A stretch of DNA of 64,000 bases from Octopus vulgaris (Eukaryota): NCBI GenBank assembly GCA_951406725.2, contig OX597814.1:155186001-155250000 (forward strand). Direction: 5' to 3'. Below are positions 53,571 through 64,000 of this stretch, in pieces. Both the position numbers and the translations under genes were made by a program. The notes under the pieces are model-generated. The model saw nothing but the letters and a program-made list of their open reading frames with translations, was not told the origin of the DNA and did no database searches. Position 1 is the stretch's first letter, and each line of letters starts with the position of its first letter.

Positions 53571-53959
53571 CTAGCAGTATCGCCCGGCGTTGCTCGGGTT
53601 TGTTTCGACCCTTTAGAATTGGAATTTTTGAAAAGTAAAAATTTTGCATTATGTAGCTTGTTATTCTCTTTAAGTGCACATTTTCTGGTTGAAAAACACC
53701 GAAAAATGGCGACAGAGCAGTCAAAAAATCGTAAAAGATAGGAACTTTCATAGGAAAAAAGCACCTTTTTGATGTAAATAATTTTTGGTCTTAACATGGT
53801 TCGATTTGAATTTTATTTTCTACGGAATGAAGAACAAGCCTTTTTCTATCATACTCTCAATTTTGGTCAACTTGCACCATAGGGTCTTAGAGGAGATAGT
53901 GTTAGTTGAAGGCTACCAAACCTGTCACTCACAGACAACTTCAACTTTATATATATAGA
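53571..53959 (-). mobile_element. Complete non-autonomous Helitron (389 bp)
   Basis: Minus strand A|TCTATATATATAAAG... at the 5' end; 3' hairpin CCCGAGC-AAC-GCCGGG, then CGATACTG-CTAG|T; inserted in an AT dinucleotide with no TSD. Confidence 0.85.
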
Positions 53960-53993
53960 TTGAAAAACAATGAAACAAACATTGATAACTTCC

Positions 53994-53999
53994 TTTATT
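53994..53999 (-). promoter_or_regulatory. Candidate polyadenylation signal (AATAAA) of the upstream unidentified gene
   Basis: tttatt on + strand downstream of the TAA at 54190. Confidence 0.5.
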
Positions 54000-54189
54000 C
54001 AAATAAATACAACACAGTCATCATTGCAAGCAGCAAGCAATATTATTTTAGAATAAATATGAACTCATCTACTAAGGCTGTTTGGATTATTGTGCTAATA
54101 GGTGGTCTTGAGGCAAAAGGTGCAAGTATTTTGTTCTAAAGAGAAGGCTTTTGCTACTGGCCTGGATATCATAACGTTAAGTATAGATA

Positions 54190-54300
54190 TTATGCGATTA
54201 CATTGTCCTTCTCCGGATTATTAAGAGTACAGTCGCAGTCACGTTCGGGTGGTTTCAATGGTAGTGTAATCTCTGTTTGTGGCATTCCTTCCCAGTTGCC
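54190..54300 (-). CDS. Probable terminal coding exon of the same unidentified gene (GNWEGMPQTEITLPLKPPERDCDCTLNNPEKDNVIA*)
   Basis: Very strong acceptor ttcttttttctgtctcttctctatattttag|GGC; phase-0 frame is the longest open frame (36 aa + TAA); AATAAA about 190 nt downstream. Confidence 0.68.
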   Translation of the reverse strand, partial: GNWEGMPQTEITLPLKPPERDCDCTLNNPEKDNVIA

Positions 54301-56505
54301 CTAAAATATAGAGAAGAGACAGAAAAAAGAACGACAATTAATAAACCATTCCTTAAATGAAAATATTGACTTTTTACAAGGCCGATAAGTTTTCATTGCC
54401 GTTGTTAATGGAAAGCAGGAGGTCTTTACGTTCTGAGTTCAAATTCCGCCGAGGTTGATTGTACGTTTCTTCCTTTCGAAGTCGATAAAATAAGTACCAG
54501 TTGAACTCTGAGGTCAACGGAAATTTATGGCCTTGTGCCAAAATTTGAAACCATTATTAATGGAAAGCTGATAAAAACACAGGTATTTTTGACTTTGTTG
54601 TCATTGACTGCCATCAGTTTTATTTGCCTTTCTCAGTTGAGAGAAAAGAACGAAACTATACTTTCCATTCCCCATGGTAATCAAATCTTTTGATACTCTA
54701 CAATATTTCTTCCGGATTATTTGTTCCTGGAGATCCTCATTCGTTTATTTGAATGTCGTGCTTTACTCTGGGTTGTGTTCTAATTCTTGAAATGATGAAC
54801 TACAAAGGTCCATTAAAGATTCACTCATACCACATGCTTACACCTCACGATCACTAGAATGATTAAACTATTCCACCAACATTTTGTTGCCACTTAATTT
54901 CAAATCAAGAGTAAGCATATAAGTGACCACTGGCTTAGCTGCATGTAGTAGCCAAAACTCTACCAGGCCACATCCTACCGTCTTGAAGAATGAGGGAGAT
55001 ATTGTAATGTAATATACAATAAGTAAGGCATAATACAATGGCAGGACGATCACTGCCTAAACAATGTTGATTATAGATTTATTCAGTTAATACTGACCTG
55101 GGATGACATAGTATAACATCAATGTATAGACAAACAATAACACCAATACATCCACAGGCAGGCACATGTATACAACAATTAACATGAAAACTCAGTAGAA
55201 GACATAGAGGAAAAGATTTTAGCAGTCGCTCTAACTACTAGAAATATCAGCCAAATCTCCCTTAAATCGCGAATGACACAATAGAGAATGTAGAAGCTGC
55301 TAAAAAAAATGTAGGTCTGTCACAGCTTTAACGTCTTTTATAATTGGTCTGCTCGACAGGGGCTATTCTGATGCTGAACCACAAGTAAATGAATCTTTAC
55401 GCAAATGGTAATCAGTGAAAACAAAGGGGCCAAAGCTCATTCAAATAATACCTCGGCCCTTAAAAACGGAAGAATACATTAAATAATTAAGTCACAGATG
55501 TACATGAAGAAGGTTGGTTACAAATTGGAGACTTTCGTGTCTGTTCAGGTTAGAAATATCAGTCAATTCTCAATAAAAATCACTTCATTCTACCATTCTA
55601 AAAAGGAAGGACATAATGTAGTCTCTTATCTAGAAAAAGACATGAAGTCAAGTCTAACTTGAGATTACCATCAGGCTAATCACAATTCAAGGAAGACGGG
55701 GCTCTCCATAGTAGCTAGACCTACTAATAATAGCAGTCAAATGACCTTCAAATCACATAAAGTAACATCAATATAAACACATTAATTAATGCACGCATGC
55801 GTACGCATACACACGGAAATTTGCATGTACACGTACAAGAAAAAACGGATGTCAGCTCTGAGAGGGCGCTTAAACTGTCAGAAATAGCAAGAAAATCTCT
55901 CACGAATTACTCGCCATAACAGTCGGAGTGTGCACTGGTCACTTTAGTGTCTGATATACAAAAAGACAGTATAGTTATTATGGTTGGAAAGCCTTTCATC
56001 ACGTGTCTGCTTGCCGCCTCCTAAATTAGGGCTAAATATAATGTTAACAATAACTATAGTATTTCTTTATATCTTATCCAAATTATTTAATGCTGTTTAC
56101 AACACACACATGTACGCTCTGCTATACAAGAATCCAGGCATGTCACGGCGAGGGTGTCTTTTATCAATGTCTGCTCGATTAATGCTAACCCGAGGTTAAA
56201 AAGACAAAACAAAGTAAAAAAGAAAAGAAAAATAAACAAACAACTATAGTATATCGTATACATCTTATCTTAAAATAATGTATTTACCAAATCCCATGGG
56301 AACATTTATTGCATTCGTAATGTTTGTATTCGTTCCATTAGCAGCGGCAGACCATTTGCGTTATGATAGCCATGTATACCAACCCTCACTGAAATCACGC
56401 CCTACCCTCTCATATGTATATACATATATGAATGTATAGATGTTGAGTATGTATGTATGTATGTATGTATGTATGTATGTATGTATGTATGTATGTATGT
56501 ATGTG

Positions 56506-56721
56506 CGATGGGGTGCTGAAAAGTTCCTGCCTTTGGGCAAAAGAAAATACAGGAGGATCAGTTAATTATGATTTTAACGAACTTATTACCTCTCAGTTTC
56601 ACACACTTATTGCAGTGGTCCTTCAGTTTTTCTAAGCCCTGTAAAAGAATTCGGAAGGCAGAACCTCTAAGCAGGCCTTTTGCGAGACCCTTAAAGCGAG
56701 GAACTTTTCGGCATCCCCTCG
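56506..56721. mobile_element. mariner-derived MITE
   Basis: TIRs cgatggggtgctgaaaagttcct / aggaacttttcggcatcccctcg followed by TA. Confidence 0.8.
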
Positions 56722-58070
56722 TATGTCATTTGTACTGAGATACTAGCTAACACTATTAAAATCAGATTTATACCATCCCATGTGACTCTGGATTAGAAGA
56801 AAACGATGTAACGAGGAGGAGTTTCTATGTGTTCTCCCGATCTGTTAGAAATAAAGACAAAATCTACTTCAAATCATTTGATATAGTCTTAAAACGGAGA
56901 AGAATGCACTCTAACGAGCTTCCAAATATCAAAGTATACATGTGGAGAGCGAGAGAGTAGTTAGCTAAGCGTTAGGTGAGGATAGGTGTAGCTCAGAGAG
57001 CATTGTCTGAGATCATTGGAAGAGATATCCCAGCGGATAAGTTAACGACAGAGTTTATGGATGCAGTTGATAACATCAGCCACCAAATTCTTCGAAAAGT
57101 CATTCAGTAACATCAATATATAACCAAGCAGTAGCACCTATATACATTGAGTAACTCACACATATGAAGGCACAGAGGGTATATGTGAGACACCATTCTA
57201 TCACTATATGATTCTCTGAAGCAAATAAAAGTACAGAAACACCTATATGCCAATGTGTGAGTATCTAAAGTAAGGATGAGATATAGTTGACAGCACCATT
57301 GTGTACATATCAGAGTGAAAAGCAGATGCGGTAAACAGCATAACATTGTGTATTAGCGTAAAAGAGGTGATTAGTTGCTGTAGAAAAAGAGGAAATTAAT
57401 TAAATATAGCCTCGTTTATCACTGATTCATTCAGCACTTATCTGGGATAACACGATACGCATAAATGTGAGCCATATTACGCTTATTACGGATTGATCTG
57501 TGGTAACATAAGTCGGCGATCAGTCGAAAGCTTTGCTTCTACCGTAAAAGACGTGTCTCAGCAACTACACACAATATTCAGCTGCCGAGAATTCAGAAAC
57601 TATTTCTTGGGTTTACATGACCATGCTGCTAGGTTGCGTATCTTTTTATTTTCATACCTTTTCACGTACTCGTACCCCTCGACCTAAGGCCAGCGAACAG
57701 AAAAAATATGAAGGCGTTTGATGCTTAACAATCAATGCAGACGAGTATATTTCCTACAAGAAAAGGTAGCGATAAAAAAGCAAAACATGCGTGACAGATT
57801 CGTTGCTGTGGGGCGCGAGTTTGATATCAATGTTCTATTCATAAAATGCATGATACTTTATCCCTAATTCATCTCATCACGGTGTTTCTTAAACACCTCC
57901 CCCCGTGATAAACGAAGTTAGTTGTGCATATATGTGTGTATGCGAAACAAAAGTTTGTATATGTAAACAATGGTGCAGTTACGCCAGCGTTAAATTTAAA
58001 TTCATGCTTATACTTGAGGTGGCAGCGTAGTGAATAAGGAGGCTGAGAGTGAAAGGTCGATGGTCTAAAG

Positions 58071-58247
58071 CAGTGGTTCCCAAACTTTTTAGAGTCGCGA
58101 CCCACTATTTATCACGTCAGTTTATGACGACTCACTTAACTCTACTAAGTATAAAAGCTAATGCGTAATTTTATAAGTTTTTGCGATCCACTAAGATTCA
58201 GTTCACGACCCATCTGTGGGTCGCGACTCATAGTTTGGGAACCACTG
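58071..58247. mobile_element. hAT (Charlie-type) MITE
   Basis: TIRs cagtggttcccaaac / gtttgggaaccactg; perfect 8-bp TSD gtctaaag. Confidence 0.92.
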
Positions 58248-59051
58248 GTCTAAAGCAAAGGTCGGGGAACATTTTTAACCAATTACCCAAAATATATTTA
58301 TTTACGCTAACGTTATCCCCTTGATTTGAAAGGAAGAAAATCAGATTCTTTGAATTCGAGAGGTTCATTGAATCTAATTACAAGTCTATTGCATTGGGCA
58401 GATGCAATGTTGCCAGAATAAAAATTTCTGTCGTAACAAGGAACACCTTTTTCATATAATTTTGCTTATGTCTACTGAGTCCTCTTTATCCCCAAGAATT
58501 TCATATTTACCTCACTTGGGGTAATTTACCCTCGCTTCGCTGACCCTAGGTGTAAAGGAATGCTCGGCAATATGCTGTTAGGCTTTAACAATTAGAGAAT
58601 GTACTTCCATTAACGCCCCCAGAACACCGCTATAACCAACAACTTCTCCCACGACCACCTGTACAATCATCATCACTGTGACTACCACTCATACATCTCT
58701 CGATGACTCACTAACCATTTTCTTCGGTATATGTGATCGTGTGCGCGCGCGCGCGCGCGTGTGTGTGTGTGTCCATATGTGTGAATGTGTGAACATTCGT
58801 ACATTTATGAATATGTATGGAGTGTACGTACATATGCATTCACACCCTAACAGTACACACAGTTATACCAAAAACAACTCATACATGCATATTTAGTTAT
58901 CAAATAAAGCTAGAAACGTTTATATGTATAGTACAGTGCAGTGTATGTTAGCTTGTGTGTGTGTGTGTGTGAAGGTACATACACACATACATGCATATAC
59001 ATATATTAAGACACGCGCGCGCACGCACACACGCGCACACCCACACATATG

Positions 59052-59083
<32 letters not shown>

Positions 59084-59183
59084 AAGAGTATGTGTGTGTA
59101 TGTGTGTGTGCGCGCACGTGTGTGTCTGTATATATGTATATGCATGTATGTATGTTTGTATGTACCTTCACACACACACACAG

Positions 59184-59224
<41 letters not shown>

Positions 59225-59749
59225 GAGAGAGAGAGAGAACGTGTGTGTGTGTGTGTGTGTGTGCGTAACGTGTACTTGCTATCCAGTTGACATTATGCAG
59301 GGGCAGGATCCGATGTTTGCAGCTATTAAAAAAGCACAGATTTCTCAATGTTATTTTGAATGCTATTGATTGGATTTATGTCCAGAACATGTTGTCTGTT
59401 GATTTCAGAAGAACTAATGAATAAATCTAAGAACCGAAGAAACACGAAGACGATGCTACCGGATGAAATAGAAGCAGAATGACTAAGAGGAGGGATGAGG
59501 TAGGATGGAGGTGGGTGAAAACATAATAGCCATACACCATATACTTGCCATTCAGTTGAAAGATCTTTATTCTACATGGTCATACAATCTGCTAGAAATA
59601 GCAGCCAAATGTATTTAAAATCATATATATTGCCTTAATAATAAAAATGATAAATTGAAAAATGTAGTCCTACATGGGACTTTTCTTGAACTCAGTATAC
59701 ATTGGTCACGGCTATGAACTCCTTTAATTATAGTTTTATTCTGATGGAG

Positions 59750-60033
59750 TCCCCATAGCCATTCAATGTTTAAAAACTAGTTTTATAGAAACTTTGAAAA
59801 TTCCTATTTTGTTTTACTTACATTGACTTGCGTAGGGTGAATTATGTAAAATGTTGGCGAAAGAAACCTAGCTGTTTCTTGCAATACATACCAATACATA
59901 CATTTAAATAAAACATTTTTCAAGAACCATTAATATACTATTGTGAATCTTAAATTTACAATATTGTTGCGTGGACCCCCAAAATCTTATATGGTCCCTC
60001 TAGGGTTATATAAGCCCCGGTTGAGAACCACTG
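59750..60033. mobile_element. hAT MITE, partial inverted copy of the 26570 family
   Basis: ccatagccattcaatgttt...acctagctgtttcttg...ggaccccc...ggttgagaaccactg. Confidence 0.7.
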
Positions 60034-60575
60034 ATCTACTTTGTCCGCTGGGCAGCAGCACTAACTTAGAGAAAATTTATTATATTATTTATTTCTTAAA
60101 AAATATTGTTTAAATATTTTTGATTATTTATTAAAATATTACAATTAACCTGAAGATTGACTGTAACCATAACTCGAATTATTAATTGAATTTAAATTAT
60201 TGTTATTCGAATTGGTTACGGGCATTAATAGCTGCAAATACTTTTTGATAGTTTATAAAAAAATAAATAAATAAATAAATAAATATAAAATATAAATAAA
60301 TATAAAAATATAAAAAAATATAAAAAATATAAAAATTAAAAAATAAATAATTAAATAAAATAATAATAAAAATATATATATATTTATAATTTATAAGTTT
60401 AAATTATTAATTCAAATAATTTTTTTAAAGTTTTAACTTTAATTCAAATATTTTAATTGGATTTTTATATTTTATATTTTATATTTTTTTAATATATCTT
60501 TTAATTAATTTTATTTCTATGTATTGGCTTATGATTTTCACTGTTTGATTTGCCTAGTAGTGGTTTTATCTCTAA

Positions 60576-60650
<75 letters not shown>

Positions 60651-60654
<4 letters not shown>

Positions 60655-60895
60655 AGAATTATTCGGTAGCCGTTATAAAACTCCGAGTTTCGAATGCCGA
60701 GGTGAAAATCCACGGCATCATCACTTCAGTTATCCGGCCATCGGAAAAAATGCTATGAAAATGACCATTATACAAAGGGAAATTCCCTTTGTATAACGGT
60801 CATTGTATAACGGATAACTGAAGTGATGGCTGCGTGGATTTCCACCTCGGCATCGAAACTCGGAGTTTTATCATTGCTACTGAATAATTGTCACA
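60651..60895. mobile_element. Foldback MITE with about 85-bp arms and a nested 45-bp palindrome
   Basis: Arms ..ataaaactccgagtttcga(a)tgccgaggtg.aaatccacg..catcacttcagttatccg; inner palindrome 60760-60804. Confidence 0.8.
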
Positions 60896-60972
60896 TATTA
60901 CATTTACAGATAAATTCCTCTATTTACATAATATCGAGGTCTCTTTCATTTTTTTGTCTTACCTATTTTATT

Positions 60973-61030
<58 letters not shown>

Positions 61031-61603
61031 TAGTAGGTATTACATGAGCTTTTTAGAAAGTTAATAATATATCAGCTTTGAAATATTTCTTAGAACTAAC
61101 AAGAAGCTCTGCACTTTGTGTTGCTGTTGAGGTAATGGTATGCTTGTAGGATCATCAGAAATTGCGAGGCCTATTATATGCAGCTATTTTCTGGGGTTTA
61201 GTTGAATAAAAATTTAGGATATGCAGGTTTGAAAATATCTCACGGAATGACGACCGTGCCCTGCATATTTACAGGATGCCCTTTAGCAAAACATAGCGCC
61301 CGTTCAGCTACCCTACCAAGAATATGGCAAACTCATGGGACTGAAGATTGGCAGATTGGGAAGTCAACTGAGCCAACTGAGTCTTACATTGATACTGAGC
61401 GGAGGAATCCTGAAAAATCAACAGTCAAGATCACCAATCTGTATCAAGGGAGTAACTGCAACGCATCCATAGGAGTGGCGTTCACGGTTGTGTAATCATC
61501 TAATGGAAGATTCATTTTGACTCAAGATTCCACATCAAATTCATATGAATAATAGAATTGGATGGTGACAAAGAGTCACGGGAATCCGTCTAAGCAACCC
61601 GAT

Positions 61604-61654
<51 letters not shown>

Positions 61655-61655
<1 letters not shown>

Positions 61656-61850
61656 CAGTTGCCATGATAGATCGTTAGCCACTACACACATTTTTTCTCT
61701 CCTTGATACCTCTCCTTGTTTTTTCTGTGTCCCTTTCTGTAGAAGAGCGTAGGCTCGAAACGTAAAAGACCTTTTCTATTCCTGAGAGTTATACTAATAC
61801 ATCTGTTTGTTTTGTACACCATCTTTCTTCGTCTTTTGTTTTTTTTTCGT

Positions 61851-61860
<10 letters not shown>
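61655..61860 (+). mobile_element. Short repeat family (probably PLE-derived) with hammerhead-like motif, copy 2
   Basis: Homologous to 1630-1825; stems of the motif intact; bounded by (TA)n/(CT)n. Confidence 0.65.
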
Positions 61861-61918
<58 letters not shown>

Positions 61919-61965
61919 TTAATATTTCTATGTCTCTCTAAAGGAGACTACGGCAGCGGTATTGG

Positions 61966-62122
61966 GTATTAATTGTTATCGCCAAGCTAATATGGCAGTC
62001 CAGAAATATAGGACGAATGCTGCCGTCGATTAGAGCTAGAGGTGGTGGCTTCTTGGAGCTAATCAACGGCAGCATTCGTCCTATATTTCTGGACTGTCAT
62101 ATTAGCTTGGCGATGACTATTA

Positions 62123-62126
<4 letters not shown>
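61966..62126. mobile_element. Foldback MITE with about 68-bp near-perfect arms
   Basis: gtattaat.gt.atcgccaagctaatatg.cagtccagaaatataggacgaatgctgccgt.gattag and its reverse complement, loop about 25 nt. Confidence 0.85.
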
Positions 62127-62167
<41 letters not shown>

Positions 62168-62494
62168 TGAATAATGTTCATGACTGTTGAAGGTGAATCT
62201 TAAAGACTTCGTGACTATTTATAAAGACCGAGTCTCTGAGTCGTTGTAAGAGATTAGGCGGCTCATATCCTCATTTAAAGATGCTCTCAAGCTTACTATT
62301 AATTGACTTAGTGATGTTGAAGGCGAAGTCTTTAGTAAATGAGGAGGCTCTCTCTCCCCCAACTGGATTCTTTGCGAACAGAGCTGTCTGCATTGAAAAA
62401 ATGTTAGTGTATAGGAGGACTTTACAAAGTTAAGCAGAGAGCAGAGAGCGGTAATACAATTTTTAGAGGCAGCAGAACTGGTAGCTATATGATG

Positions 62495-62536
<42 letters not shown>

Positions 62537-62808
62537 TCACAATTAAATATAACAGAGAAAATACACATAAATGACAAATAAATAAGCAAAATAATGAAGG
62601 CAGACCACTTAAGGGTGAAATTTCATTAAGCTGAACCAGCACTTCAATGATTTGATTCGCCTAGAAGAATAAAAATCAAACTAGGGACTAAAAGGATTTG
62701 AACCCATAACATAAATAAATGTGCCACAAGCTATTTTGTCTGGGCATTTGTCAAGTCTGTCATCCTCACAACAGATATTTCGATTATATATGATGATATT
62801 GTACTCAC

Positions 62809-62962
62809 TGGAAACCTTCTGCCGTCTGATTGGTTACACTGCATGGATAGAGGCGAAATCTCGTAGAGTTTGTTAAGTAGGTGTGAGGTTAACGGCGTCC
62901 ATCTGACGGAGTTGTAGCTATTACGATAGCCCCTCGATAGATCTATTTTATCAACGTCCCAT
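62809..62962 (-). CDS. Internal exon of an unidentified gene (WDVDKIDLSRGYRNSYNSVRWTPLTSHLLNKLYEISPLSMQCNQSDGRRFP)
   Basis: Acceptor ttcttcctgttgcag|, donor CCA|gtgagt; 154 nt, phase 2 to 0, open frame with complex composition; phase-compatible with 54190-54300. Confidence 0.72.
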
Positions 62963-64000
62963 CTGCAACAGGAAGAATTTGAGATTTCGCTTGAAATGTG
63001 GCAGAAAATACGACGCGAAGAAAACGTTATGGAAAATAGAACAGAGAACAGAACATAAAAAATAGGACTTTGACGAAGGACATAGAAAGTAGGGCATCGA
63101 CAAGATGACAGTAAGTAGGACGTAGACAAAGTACATAGAAAATAGGACACAAAGATTAGCACATACACAATAGGACATAGAATTTGAAAAAGATGTGAAT
63201 AATAAAAAAATCAGTGAAATACAATTTTTGTTTCAACAAAAGGATCAATTGTTGCTTAACCTCAATTCAGAGCTGATCGACTAAACCTGTGGTCATAATA
63301 AATTAAACAGTGACTATATCGATCCTCTTGTCAGTCGTAGACTTTACGAGACTATATAATCCATAGTTCCCTTCCATGGAGGACGGTAGATTGATCACCT
63401 ACGTGGAAGCTCTCACGATGGATTGATCTCTCCGCAAGTTGAATAAAAATATTATCTCTATAAGTTTTACAACTTTTATGAGGGCCATTAGCACATTAGC
63501 AATGTGTGTTGAAATAGATTATTCCTAATATTTTCGTATGTGTATATACACTATGTATATTTATACATACAAATATGTATATATGTATGTAGGTCATTAT
63601 TCAGTTTATTTCAAGATTTCTTGGCAATAGAGAAAGAACCGTTTTCTAACCAAGATCCGGGGTTCATTTCATTGGAACTTCAATATCAACAACAGGGTAC
63701 GTACGTACGTACGTACGTACGTATGTATGTATGTATGTATGTATGTATGCATGCATGTATGTATGTATGTATGTATGTATGTATGTATGTATGTATGTTT
63801 TATGGATGAATTCTCATGCATATAGTTACATACCTAGACATGCTCGTATATAATTAAATGGTAAAACTTCTAGAAATTTTTAGATTTCTACAGTTCCAGT
63901 GATGGATTGGATCTGTAGTCTTCGAATTAGCTTTCTTCGTTCTTGCTTTGAGAGGCTTAATTTCTCAAGATTTGTATTTAGGCACTGTGTTACATATCCC

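Overview
Eukaryotic (metazoan) genomic DNA that is AT-rich and dense in microsatellites and transposons. The SINE families and repeat landscape resemble an octopus/coleoid cephalopod genome (inference). Most entries in the supplied ORF track are microsatellite artefacts. Reading splice sites by hand gives three gene signals. (1) A minus-strand gene with four phase-compatible exons (36626-36711, 32364-33024, 28784-29438, 26179-26371) encodes about 531 aa: two adjacent peritrophin-A/ChtBD2 (CBM14) chitin-binding domains between long Gly-rich blocks carrying Arg/Trp/Tyr/Asn/Gln. It is a probable secreted chitin-matrix structural protein; its first exon was not located with confidence. (2) Two 3' exons of a second minus-strand gene (62809-62962 and terminal exon 54190-54300) encode a product I cannot assign. 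(3) A possible plus-strand terminal exon lies at 15389-15509. The remainder is TE debris: a Penelope-like RT, RTE and RLE-type LINE fragments, Tc1/mariner fragments, hAT and foldback MITEs, a complete non-autonomous Helitron, and three tRNA-derived SINE families. Also present are several minimal hammerhead-ribozyme-like motifs and an inverted triplication containing G-quadruplex motifs. No CRISPR arrays, rRNA or true tRNA genes were seen.
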